Notes under the pieces: generated by a model
What the model was told of the DNA's origin: nothing
The model's input: the letters and a program-made list of their open reading frames with translations, nothing else
Databases searched by the model: none
Shown: piece after piece, positions 37,400-52,779 of the stretch
Position numbering within the stretch: position 1 is the stretch's first letter
How the letters are laid out: each line of letters begins with the position of its first letter
Origin: the human T2T-CHM13v2.0 reference genome, Homo sapiens
Reading direction: 5' to 3' (one strand)
Length of the DNA stretch: 64,000 nt
NCBI RefSeq assembly: GCF_009914755.1
Contig: NC_060937.1
Translations under genes and position numbers: made by a program

Positions 37400-37800
37400 C
37401 TTTCCCCTCAATGCCTTTGGACTGCTTCTTTCCTCCACATTAAATACTTTTTACCACTTCCCTCAGTTCAGTTCATTCTTCTCCGTGTTTAGAGCTCAGC
37501 TCAGATATCCTTTTCTCATGGAGACATTCTCTGGCCAACCCAGACTAGATCATTTTCCCTTGCTGTATACTTTCATACCTCCCTCTGTCTTTCCTTCATA
37601 ACACTTTGGTAAGTGTGTACAACTGCATCCTTGTTTTTATTTAATTTCCTCTCACTGCCATGTTCTGTAAACTCAATGCAAGCTGAGTCTGCCTATTTAT
37701 TTCACTATGCGACACCTAACTCCTAACAAAGTATTAAACAAAATAGGTGCCAAAATATCTGTTAAGCCATTGTGTGAATGTATAAATGAATAAAGATATG
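37400..37800 (+). mobile_element. L2 3' fragment
   Basis: ctcagctcagatatc...aaaatatctgttaag...gaatgtataaatgaataaa tail. Confidence 0.65.
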
Positions 37801-38049
37801 AATACAGATACACTAGTCTAAACACGTTTGCATGGCACATACCTATATGTGTTCCAAATAGATAACAAGGAGAATCACAATTGATCATTGCCAGAAGAAA
37901 AATCTGGTAAAACTTTTACTTTCCAGATATTTAAATAGCATTCATGTTAAAATTTTTAGTTCACTTTTATAATGCATTGAAAATACTTAGGGACATTATT
38001 TACTTATCAGAAGTTTATTTTACTCTTTGAAAATATATTGCTTACTGGA

Positions 38050-38495
38050 CTATTCACAATAGCAAAGACATGGAATCAACCTAAGTGTCCTTCAGTGGGG
38101 GGACTAAATAAAGAAAATGTGGCATATATATACCATGGAATACTACACAGCCATAAAAAAACAAAATTATGATTTTTTTTTTTTTTGGCAGCAACATAGA
38201 TGCAGCTGGAGGCCATTATCCTAAGTGAAATAATGCAGGAACAGAAAACCAAATACTGCTTATAAGGGAGAGCTAAACATTACTCATAGAAATAAAGATG
38301 GCAACAATAGACATTGGAGACTACTAGATGGGGAAGGGATGGATTAAAAGGGCTGAAAAACTAACTCTTGGGTACTACGCTCACCTCCTGGGTTACAGAA
38401 TCATTCTTATCCTAAACCTTAGCATACACAATATACCCAGGTAACAAACTTGCACATGTACCCCCAAATCTAAAATAAAAGTTGAAAATTAAAAA
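38050..38495 (+). mobile_element. L1PB-like 3' fragment
   Basis: ctattcacaatagcaaagacatggaatcaacctaa...gcacatgtacccc...ctaaaataaaagttg. Confidence 0.9.
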
Positions 38496-38986
38496 TATAT
38501 GCATATTGCTCATTGAGATAGACTACATATTGAGAGATTAGCTCTATGAAGATAACATGAACCCTAAATTGTGTGATTGAGAGAATTCTACACATTTATT
38601 GGCCTTCATTTTAGATAACATGTTAAATAATTCAATAATGAACATTTGACTGTGCAACCTCTTCATATAAATGTGCATATTAGTCAAGGGGCTGTATTAT
38701 TAGCTTAACAACTAAAGTCTATTTTTTTTTTTGCATGTGCAAAGTCCAATGTAGAGGTGTCTGGAAGATCTTTCCTAAATGTGACTCTGTCACCTAAGTG
38801 GATTGCATTGTCATGGAAGCCACTATTTCAAGCTGTAGCCTCTAAAATCTCCACAGCCAGGGTTGGGACTAATATTCAACCCTTAAACTATCATTGCATT
38901 GATCAGTAATCAATCACCTAGTTATGCCTCACTTCGATAGAGCTAGGAGAGGCAGTTTATGGCTGTATCAGAAATAGGATGAAGGT

Positions 38987-39243
38987 GCCTGGGCATGGAG
39001 GCTCACGCCTGTAATCCTAGCACTTTGTGGGGCTGAGGCAGAAGGATTGCCTGAAGCCAGGATTTCGAGAGCAGCCTTGGTAACATAGTGAGACCTTGTG
39101 TCTACAAAAAGTAAAAATAATAAAATTTAAAAAATACCCAGATGTGATGGTGTGCGCCTGTAGTCCTAGCTACTTGAGAAGCTGAAGTGGGAAGATTTCT
39201 TGAACCTAGGAGTTCAAAGCTGCAGTGAGCTATGACCATGCCC
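38987..39243 (+). mobile_element. AluJ, 3'-incomplete
   Basis: Diverged Alu with the J-type ggagttcaaagctgcagtgagctatga. Confidence 0.9.
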
Positions 39244-39329
39244 CTTAAACAGTGAAACAGTGAAAAAAATAGCATAAAGGAATATGTACTATAATATTTA
39301 AGTATTGGATTTTTAGTAATGAAAAGTTT

Positions 39330-39782
39330 CTAATGGTTAACTGTGTTTCCCCACAAAGATACGTTTAATTCCTAATGCCATGTACCTGTGAATGTAACAA
39401 TATTTGGAAATTAGGTCTTTGCAGATATAATTATTTAAGATGAGGTCCTAACAATTTGTGGTAGGTCCCAATTCCATATGACTGCTATTCTTATAAGATG
39501 AGAAAACAGAAACACAGAAAAAAGGCTTGAAAAAATACAGACATAGAAAGGCAGAGACTGGAGTTGGGCTGCTACAGCCAAGGAATGCTTGGGGCTCCCA
39601 GCCATTGGGAGAGTCAGGGAGATGCTCCCCTACAGGATTAGAAAATATATGGTCCTGCTCACATATTCATTCTGGACTTGTAGCCTCCACAACTACAACT
39701 ATGAGACAACAGATTTATGTTGTTTTAAGCCACCCACTTTCTGGTACTGTGTTACGGCAGTCCTCTAAGATGAGAACAATAT
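39330..39782 (+). mobile_element. MLT1-family MaLR LTR
   Basis: tacctgtgaatgtaac...atttggaaattaggtctttgcagat...tgttgttttaagccaccc. Confidence 0.82.
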
Positions 39783-41762
39783 AGAAAGTCAGTCATATCC
39801 TTCCAGAAATTAACAAGCTGGAATCACATTTTATTCATTGGCCTAGTAAATTCCTTTGCCATTCTCAGTATTTCTAGAAAAATATCGGGTTGTTGTGTTT
39901 TATTTTTATTTTTTATTTTTTGTCTGATAATGAAAAGGATAAAAAATCAGCTAAATAACAGGATTTTTGTCATTTGAGGATATCACTTACTAACAAGAGC
40001 TTACATATTTGAATGGACCAACAGGTAAATAACAGGTACCTGTAGGCCATCCGTATTGTCAAACTAAGTGTAAGTTACAAAACATAGAAGACATACTTAG
40101 GATTCAAACAATAAAGATTCAGAGAAGAGCAATTGCAATCTCTCTCCTATGCACAGAAAACTGAGTGAAGCATTTTATATTTTAATTTGTGTTTAGTGGT
40201 GATGACAAGCTCATCAAAGAATGGAACATTGATGCCTCAGCATTATAGGAGACATAATCTTCATAGCCCTAAATGCTGCACAGGCAGGTACAGAATTGGG
40301 CGCATGTCTCATGGTGGCCAGCAGCTTGCCTTCATAGAAAGGATGCTCGTTGAGCAGAACTCCATGCACTGGTTACCATGCCAGGGAAGGACTCCAACTA
40401 CATGGAGGATAGCAAAGCTCATCCCAAAGCCAGCCGACAGGAAGAGAAATCTAAACATGTCTACTCAGTGCAACTTCCTATGGCAATTGCCAAGGAAAAC
40501 ATGATAGAGGCAAGCACTGGATTCAACAATGTGTTTCCTGCATAGAAAAGAGACAGAGCTAGATTAGCTACAGTGGCGTGCCTCAGTCCACCATGGCTAG
40601 TGGCTGCCCTTGGAAATCAACACAGGGCAACTGGCTTACATGTACCAGAATAGAAGGACTGCAATCTGTCCCCTATGAAGTCTGAAGTACCAAAATCTGA
40701 GGGCATATCTGAGGGCCACTGACACACATGCTTGGCCTGGATAAAGGAGGAGCACACCTTGAGTCTGAAACGGGAAAAGATATCCCCACACGAGGTGATA
40801 AGCCCAGCACAGGCTGTGTGGACTCTTGTTCTCTTGGGATGGAAGTGTTTCAGGCCCAGTGCCCATTCCTATTCTTATGTGGCTGAGCAGAAATCAAAGA
40901 CTGCAAGGACGAGACTACCTAGCCCAACAATCATAAACTTCAGTTCTGAACAGAGGCTGCAAGTCCACCCAATCCACTTTTCCTCAATTTCCTTTTCTTT
41001 GCCTGACTTTTTCTTTATTATCATTTTGAGTATTCCAGAAACCCATTATAAGTCATTACTTCACTGCAGTCACAAGGTCCCTAAGGGAAGAACTTGCCCC
41101 TCCTTTTTTGGGCCCCTATGTGACACGTCAGATCTTTAGTTCAGGTTTGTCAATACTATTTCTCCACTTCTTTTATAAGCTATTAATTCAGTTTCCATGA
41201 CACCAAACTCCTTATCCTATTTCATTGACCACATGGTTACTGTTCTCATTAATTATTGTGTCTTTTACTTAATGGCTCTCTCTCTCTCTCTCTTTAATTT
41301 TATCTTCTCACTCTACACTCCCTTTTTTGATAAACTGTCTATTCCTATGGTATACTTGGCCATCGTAATTGTGGTAATGTCCAGATTTCTATTTCTCATA
41401 TCACCTTCTTCCTTGAGTATGGACTCATGATTCTGCTTCCTACTGGGAAGTTCTGACAACATCTATAATTTACATGGGTCCATATTGAACTTTTTTTCTT
41501 ACATTCCTTTCCCTTAATAGCAGCATTTCTTATCTGCACTACTATGTACAAATTTCATGATAGGAAATCCAAGGGAGAATTATCTTGGTGACACTCATGG
41601 GTGTACCACTATTAAGATTCTTCTGTCACTCATTTTTTGATCATGAATTTATAGTGACTAACCAGATATATAGTACATGACATAAAATTGAATCAATTAT
41701 CTAAAAAACAAAACAAAACTACCAGTGGTAAATGGATGATTTTCAAATATGGCATTTCAGGC

Positions 41763-42200
41763 TGTTATAAGAAAACTTTTACACAAATTAAATTAATGAT
41801 ATTTATCTGAGCAAGAACAATTGATAAATTAGGCCGCACTCTAAAACAGAACAGATGCAGAGAGTTCTGCTGAACAGTGTGAGCAGTGGGTTTTTAGAGG
41901 CCAAACACAGAAGCAAATTAGAAAATCCTCTGATTGGCTACAGGTAGGTGTCTGACTTATTTGATGGTGCAAAGAGGCATTTCTTTTGCGGGGGCAAGTC
42001 TGATCAGTTGTTTGCCTGTGATTGGCTGAAGCTCAGTTGTATGTAATTGGTAGAAACCTGGCTATTTGTTATGAAATAATATTCTCCTAAGTTAGATTTT
42101 GGTTTATGTACTAATTTAGGTTGCAGTTCGTTATATAGCAACTCAAAGTACAGGGATAGCCTCAGACATTAACTGAGGTCTCCTATTTTTTAATTTAATA
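41763..42200 (-). mobile_element. ERV1-type solo LTR (MER57-like; family uncertain)
   Basis: Several tgattggct (reverse CCAAT) boxes and a gttaggttgcagttcg-like motif. Confidence 0.6.
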
Positions 42201-43642
42201 ATACAAGAACAGTCTTCCAAGATCCAAATACACATTTTAAAATTCTGTACATCTATAACTTCACCACATCATATCCAAATTGTATCCTACTTTTTTGCCT
42301 TTTATATTAATATTTATAATAAAATTTGTATAATATTAAGTATAATTATTTCATTTAATAGTATTCACTTAATGGTACTCATGCCACTCATTTGCCCAAG
42401 CTAAATCTTACAGTCTTTCCAGTTCTTACAATTTTAAAAATCTCCTCGTATTCAGGAAATCATCAAGACCGCTAGCAGGAGAACTCCCTTACAGACCTAG
42501 ACCTCCCACCTCTAGACTCATACATGAGAGAGAGAGAAAGTTTTGCTTTTCTCAAGACACAGTTCTTTTGAGTGCTTCTTTTACTTTCAGCCAAACTTAG
42601 TTCCATTTAATAGGTTTTAATATATACTTAAACAAATTATTATAGTAAAAGTAATGAAGTAAAATTATTTCAACTTACAACAGTATAAAATAAACGTTTC
42701 GTAGGGAAATGAACAGAACTACTTAAAACTTCAGAACACAAGGCTATTTTACTAGATTTTGTTCAGTTTAATAGAAGCGTGTTCCACATCACAGACAAGA
42801 TTCCAGTGTTTAGTTGCGATACTGGCCAGAAGGAGGATCCCTTCTGAGATGTGATCACTGTCAAGAAAGACTTAACACATGAGAGAGATCTGCAATTCCA
42901 TTGCCAATCATTCAAAGTTCCTTGAAGATCAACAATTTCATCAAGAAAGACTTGTTCTTTGAAATTTAGAATATCCAGAACTTTTCTTACATAATAGCCT
43001 ATAAACTTCAGTATAAAACAATAATCATTAATAGTCACTGGTTTATTTCTTTAAAAATCTTGTCAAACAATTTTAAAATTCAGCGGAATCGCTCCTTAAT
43101 GCAATTAAGATGTTTAGCAGCTTTAAGTAGTTATCTTAACATTTCTGTATCTCCAGGGTCAAAGTGTCATATTCATGGCTAGATTTTGTAGCAAAAGCAG
43201 CAGTTTATCTATGTGAAACACCTCTTATTGGTTCAGCTTATCTCAATATGTTATTTCTATGCCATGGTGATATTTGCTATGAAAGCACTGATATATTTTA
43301 GAAGATATTCTCCATTCATATGGGTCCTTCTAGTTTGGCAGAGCTAAATGGACTTCGTTATTTATATTTCATCTGACAAAATGGAAAAGTTTAGGTGAAC
43401 TGACATGACCAGATTTTGTTTGTAGTACACTATTTTGATTTGAATTATTATAGATAATTTACATTTCTAAATGCATCTCTAATTCCAAAATGAAGAACTA
43501 CTGTACTTCAGCAATGATACTGTTTTTCTGGCTCCAGATCATTTTAAAGCAGGTTTAATAAGGACCCTGAGAATTATCTCAACTGTGATAACTGCTGTGA
43601 TATTTGCAATAAAATGTTATAAAATAACTACTTAATACTTAC

Positions 43643-44022
43643 TGTATTAGTCAATTCTTACATGGCTATAAAGAACAACCTGAGACTGGATAATTTATGA
43701 AAAAAAGAGGTTTAATTGACTCACAGTTCCATGGTCTGTACAGGAAGCATGGCTGGTAAGCCTCAGGAAACTTACAAACAAGACAGAAAGTGAAGGGGAA
43801 GAAAGCACATTTTACCATGGTGGAGCAGGGGATAGAGAGAGCAAAGGGGGAAGTGCTACACACTTTTAAATGACCAGACCTTGAGAGAACTTATTATCAC
43901 GAGAACAACATGGCGGAAATCCGCCCACGTGATCCAATCACTTTCCACCAAATCCCTCCTCCAACATTGGGGCTTACAATTCAACATGAGATTTGGGTGC
44001 CGACACAGAGCCAGACCATATC
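43643..44022 (-). mobile_element. MaLR LTR, MSTA-like
   Basis: tgtattagtc...tttaattgactcacagttcc...caacatgagatttgggtg...accatatc. Confidence 0.9.
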
Positions 44023-45214
44023 GCTTGCAATGTTTCCCCCTGTTGTGCTACGTTTTGTTTATCAGGACTATTGCAATTTTAGACTTGGCTTTAACAATAC
44101 ATTAAATTTAATTCAGTTACTTGTACCTTCAAGAGATTTTTCAGGCTGGATAGCTCTGATCCTGAAGATGAGACCAGATTTAAATTAAAAAAAAAAAGTT
44201 AACTTTCATTACCAAGCTGCGAAAATCTAAATTTTAAATGTTAATTTTTTATCAAATTTGTGTTAATTTTATTTCATTTAAAGCTGAAAATTTTAAAATG
44301 CAAAAAATAGGTTCTATTGTCATTGTGTTTTGATCTGGGTTTTATAAACCTATCTCATTATATTTATTCATTCAGAAAATATTTATTGAGTGTCTCAGTT
44401 CTAGGTGCTATAGATTTATTAATAAACTCAACAGACACAAATATTTGGCAGTTTTGTTCACAGTCACCAATAATATTCATCATTTCAATATTTAGCTGTT
44501 AAAAAAATTAATCACTAATATAGTATGCATTCCAAAATGAAAGAGGAGAGAGGAAGGGAACATAACTAAATACCAATCTATACTTTCTATATTTATACAA
44601 ATTCCATACACTAAACAATTATTAGTAATTAGAGGTAACATTTTAACCTTTAATTTAAAATAATGTAAAAATTTATAATGAAGTCTAGTACATGATAATT
44701 CTCATTAATAATTTAAATAATTTATACCAAGTAGTTATAGTGGTTGATTCAATGAAAGACTTATTGGAATTCATGCCTATAATTTATAAGATCTGCCACC
44801 CTACCAGCCTTACTGTTTTTCTCATTGGTAATATTCATGAAGTCACTGGTAATTTTACATTTTAAAATATGCAGTATGAATTGCATATATAGTACTTCTT
44901 AAATGTCAACACATTTATCTTAAATCATTTATCGAAGTATGAGAAGTACCTATCATATTTTGGTAAATAATACCTTTAGGTTTTTCCTAGTTCTTGGCTC
45001 CAGACTAACCATCTTGACCTGTCATTCTAGTTTTTACTTCTGAGACATTCTATAGTCTGTGTCTGATATTCTCTACTATTTCCTCATTTGTCCTTGCATT
45101 CAGATTGCCTTTTCTGACTCCCAGCTTCCACGGAGAGATTAACTCTGTTGGCTGAAGCCCTATTCCCAATTCCTTGGCTAGACCCTGGGTCCTTCATGTT
45201 AGAAAACCTGGCTT

Positions 45215-45216
<2 letters not shown>

Positions 45217-45270
<54 letters not shown>
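45217..45270 (+). repeat. SCA8 compound trinucleotide repeat (CTA)9(CTG)9, 18 combined units, uninterrupted, normal-range allele
   Basis: Counted directly: CTA 45217-45243 and CTG 45244-45270. Flanks agaaaacctggcttta and cattttttaaaa are recognised as the SCA8 flanks. Confidence 0.98.
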
Positions 45271-45271
<1 letters not shown>

Positions 45272-45273
45272 AT
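45241..45273 (-). CDS. ATXN8: Ataxin-8 polyglutamine ORF, Met-Gln9-stop on this allele
   Basis: Minus strand reads aaaATG(CAG)9 then (TAG)9 TAA, with A at -3. Too short for the ORF track. Confidence 0.85.
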
Positions 45274-45374
45274 TTTTTAAAAATATATTATCTTATTTTA
45301 CTATTTGATGTTATAATTGTTATATATTTTTCCACACTTCCTCATACTGCTTATCTCTTACTTAAGAATTTATG

Positions 45375-45380
45375 AATAAA
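45375..45380 (+). terminator. Polyadenylation signal of the ATXN8OS terminal exon
   Basis: AATAAA about 105 nt after the repeat, followed by U/GU-rich sequence near 45420-45445. Confidence 0.7.
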
Positions 45381-47654
45381 GAATTGATTTTTCAATACAT
45401 CCTTCCAAAAATTATCTGATGTTGAGTTAGTTGCTCTCTCTTGTGCATTCTCAGTCCTCACAAGCCTTTCTCAAACACAATGTTTATCAAAGAAAATTGT
45501 AGCAACCAATATACTTAGTGGAATTTCTCACAGAGTTTGAGTGTAGGAAACAGTATTCACTGTATATTAGTCATTTTGCTCCCAATGGAAGGTGCATAAC
45601 ATAAATTATTTAAGTGGATGAATGCTTTATTTTCCTTTATAAAAGTACCTTCTTGCTTCACTGACATTTCTATACAACTATTCTTGTAAGCAAGGAATGA
45701 ATTCCTAGCTCTGTTTTTTAATCACGATTTTTGAAAGTTTTGGATATTTTCAAGGTTTATGATGTTTTAATGTAGACATATTATAGATTATAATCTGCTG
45801 GAACCTAAACCCATATAGTTCTCCCATACACCAAAAAATAAAAAATAACACACTCTAACTTTTAAATTTAGTAGCTAGTAATTAGGGCTACAACTCTTCA
45901 TAAAAAATTCTCTGACTGAATCAAGAAAAAGTCAGAGCCTAATTATTACTCTGCACTAAAAGTAGGAGCAGTGGTAGAAACTGATGGAGTTAGTATATTA
46001 CAAGTACATACTGAGTCAAACTATGCTAAGTGCTTTGAATTTATTATTTTCATGTGGAAATTATAATAAAATATGACCAAAGTGTTCCTCTGTCAACAAT
46101 AAGTTATTTATTTTTGTATTTTCTGACCATCTTAAAAAGTTACTGGAGTAAGTATTCGATAAATTTGAAGAATTTATTTTTATTCATGTAATAACAATGT
46201 CCACTCTACTTCTTCACTAGGTGAGCCTATCTGTATCTTAAATACTTTCATTCTGTATATGCACTGAGTTATTGTAACTAATAATGCCAAAATTTAGGGC
46301 ATGTGTTTTAAACAATGTGTAGAGTTACTAATTTCACTTCCCCTAGAATTTGCTTACCATAACACACACACACACAAAAAAAAAAAAAAAAACGTAGAAG
46401 AAATGTTAAAGTCATAAATAAAAGTAATTCAATGGTTCATAGCTATGATAACACTCATAGAATGTCTTCACCCAATTATGTATAACTCAGGAATCCTCTG
46501 AATGTGTATTCCTCTTTAGGCACTTTATCTCTTCTGCAGATGAACTTTCTTTGTTTTTCTATGCATGTGGTGAAAAATGGTTTTATATCATTTTCCTGAT
46601 TTAATGCCCCCTAACCCTGTTTTAGTAATCTCAAATTCAAATTATTTGAAAGAAAAAAAAAAGACACTGAGTGTTCCAGCTTATTCTATGAACTGGTCTT
46701 TGTGGGCCAGGTTTCTACTTGAGATCAAATAAGCTATGGTCAGTAGAGACAAGGCTATCTACGATGGACATAGTTGTAGAGGTCCACTCCTGTATGTGTT
46801 GGGATTAGTGATTACAGTGGATAAACTGAGTCTCATTCCTACCATAGTTGAACCATTTACTTGTAGTCTGAACAATAAAAGACTATATTTAGTTTTTATA
46901 TTTAGTGATGAGTTTGAAGCCTTGATAAGCCTTCTCAGGCACTGTATTTTCTTGCTGTACATCCTCAAGGCTTCCCTAGTTCTTACAGTAATTTTATGTG
47001 AATGGGAAAAAGTTGATCCTTCCTCAAGTTTCTTTGCTCTTATCTGTTAAGACTATCATAACAAATACCTCTTTCGTCATCGATATATTTTACTGCTATC
47101 TCCTGGAAATATGTTGTAATAAATATTAAATCTATAGTGTCTGTAGTTTGAATAACACCTCCTTACATATTGCACAGTGTTCAACTCACCCAACTGCATG
47201 TGGCAACCCCTACAGATTCTTACCATATATTTTTTGTTTGAGTGGACATTTGGCATAATGAAAGTATTTATAACTGCAAAATATTTTAATCTTTCAAATA
47301 TATTTTTGGAACATCATTATTTTATGTGTATGGAACTTATTATTTGCAGAATACAAAGAGGATATAGTATCCCCTGGGAAAAAGAAAACTTATAATGCCT
47401 TAACCAATCTGTAAGAAATTTATATATACAAATATGTGTGTATATATACATATGTGTGTGTGTACGTATATATATAACCATTTCACTCTCTTAACTTTAA
47501 AGTGTTGTTTTGTTACTTTTTGCCCCACTCAAACTCCAAAAAAGCCAGGAAACTGATTATAACATTTTTATTCATTCATCAAAATGGCAAAAACAGTATT
47601 CTATTTATAAGGAATACTGGTTATTAAATATTACTTATACTATATTAAAAATAG

Positions 47655-48036
<382 letters not shown>

Positions 48037-48637
48037 TAACATGTACAGAATATGGGTATTTGTGTGTTTCTAGTATAAGTCTGTGAAAGACAAATCTGAA
48101 TAAAACTTTGTGATAAACAAGTTTATTTATAACTTGGGGTTATGAGTCCACTGGGCTTTAGGCTAAAGCTTTTCTTCCAAGGTTCTTAACATTTCATTTG
48201 CATTTAAAATTGTTATTAATTTACCTTTAAAGGGGTAGAGATTGTCACCTCTTTTTATAACGCTGAATACAGTTGATTCAAAACCTTTCCCTCAGGAAGG
48301 ATGTAGGTTTACTTTAAGTCCTCATTAGAGCTATGTTTTAGCAATTGTGTAGTATGATGTTTGTATTACTTTATATGTGTTAGCCTGCAAGGTGTGCCCT
48401 CAAACTTTCTTTGTATGTCTATGGCTTCATAACTGCACCATGGAAATAGTAATTACTTGTTGTAATCACCATTAGACAGTGTTCTTGACTAACTAGATAG
48501 CATAGATCTTAGGAGAAAAGTCCTTTATATTCTGTACCAGATTATCTTGCCAACTTTTGATTTTTTTTTGGAGAAGAATACTTATAAAGGCAACCAATAT
48601 GAATAGATACTACACTGCAATGTAAATTCATAAATGC

Positions 48638-48967
<330 letters not shown>

Positions 48968-50384
48968 TTACTACATTTAATCTCTTTCTAAATACTTTAC
49001 CAACTTGCTGATAAAATAATTAAAACAAGTTTGCATTTGAAATATTAGATTCTATTTTTCTATTTACATCCTTCTTTTTCATGTTCTTGGATTTAATCTA
49101 AATTTCCTCAAGTGAATTTCCCTCTCCTTTTCCTTTCCTCTAAAATGCTTGTTGCCCTGAGGTATCACCCAGAGGAATTTACCTATTGATGATGATGAGA
49201 GTCTTCTTTCAAATTTGAAGCATCAGTAATAAATCTAAAAAAAAATGGTACTGGGTTTATTTAAATTAGTTCCTTATTATAAACCGATTTCTCTACCTCT
49301 GCTGGTGTTCTGTGCTCACGTCAAATGAAAATTAAGGTTTCTTTCCTTACTATGATATATATACTTTCTGCAAATTTGAAATAAGTTCATGAATAAGTGA
49401 GGCTAATTATATTATCTTAGTGTACCTATGTGTGTACCTGTATGTGTGTACCTGTGCTTAATTAGAGAGAACTTAGGTTGAGCGGTGGGTACCTCACCTC
49501 TGTTTTATATTTTCTGCACATAAATGTTTTTTACTATATTGCAGCAAATCTAAATAATACATATACTACTGGAACTCTATGAAGATTTTTATGGCAGAAT
49601 TCGTGTTTAAGTGCTTGATCTCTCTAGAAATAAGTTTTTATATTGGAAGACTTCCATTTAAGTTTGGGAGTATGGAAATTAGTTATTTTTCACAAAGTGT
49701 GTTGACATGGAAATTAATAGCTATATTTTAAAATGATTTAATGATATATTGAGAAGATTAAAATAAATTCTTATTTACGAATTTTGTTTTTATGTATAGC
49801 CAAAGCGGTATGTAAATTAAAAGATTAGATCATTTGATTCTATACCTTTATTGGTTTTTATCAGAAAATAAAACTGTCACAGAATGGTTTTGGGAAAATA
49901 AATTGGGACTACTGTGGTGAAGCATATAATCCAGTGTCTGACACAAAATCTTGATAAATATTAAATTTTAATATTTTTATTTTTCTTATTGCCCAGAAAT
50001 ATTTGTCTGTGTGGCTTTCACATTCTTCATCCCATTATCAAAATGGCTTATCACATATGCACTGTCTCTTATTAAGTACAATTTTCTCCATCCGTTTACA
50101 TTTCGCATAAATACTTCCCATTTCATAGGTTACCTGGAAATTCTCCCTCTTTGCGTGACCTGTAATGTGGCTCTAATTGTCATTATTAATTTTTTGAACT
50201 TCTCTAATTTTACATATATCACCTGTTTTTTGTCCTAGTAACCTAGTTGAGTAATTATTTTTCTTATTTTTATTTTCTGAATAGAAGTTGCAAAGTGTCT
50301 ATTCATTTTTATACCCAATAACCTGGCATAGAGTCCAATATGTAATATTCAACTGAATTCAATCAATGTTTTCAGTATGTATGC

Positions 50385-50720
50385 AAATGGGATACTTCTT
50401 TTTGTTGAGTTTTAAGAGTTCTTTTTATATTTTTAGATAACAGTCCTTTAATATATCTTTCCCAAATGTTTTCTACTAGTCTGTGCCTTGTCTTTTTATT
50501 CTCTGGCAATGTCATTCTCATAGCAGAAATTTTTAATTATAATGAAATTCATCTTATCAATTTATTATTTCATGGGTTGTGCCTTTGGTAATGCTAAAAA
50601 GACATCACCAAACTTAAATCATCTAAGTGACCCACTCCTATGTTTTCTTCCAGGAGTTTAATAGTTTTCCACCTTACATTTAGATCTGTGATACATTTAG
50701 ATTTATTTTTTCAAGGGTAT
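50385..50720 (-). mobile_element. Ancient L1M fragment
   Basis: ttgttgagttttaagagttcttt...gcagaaatttttaatt...tttagatctgtgatacattt. Confidence 0.7.
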
Positions 50721-50825
50721 AGTATTGCCTTGTTTTTGGCTAGGTAGATTTGTAAAGAAAATTTCTAAGTGTGTAATCCAATTTCTTTCTATGTCAAGGT
50801 GTCACACCTTGCCTAAAAAGTGTTG

Positions 50826-52779
<1,954 letters not shown>

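Larger units (their letters stand above)
45104..45400 (+). ncRNA. ATXN8OS: ATXN8OS terminal, repeat-containing exon
   Basis: Acceptor ttcctcatttgtccttgcattcag|, the CTA/CTG repeat, and AATAAA at 45375-45380. Confidence 0.85.

Noticed and set aside
44791-44808. Possible CTCF site near the repeat (tctgccaccctaccagc)
   Set aside because: Only a partial match to the core; cannot be supported without a PWM score or ChIP data.
45217-45270. Pathogenic SCA8 expansion
   Set aside because: Only 18 combined repeats, within the normal range.
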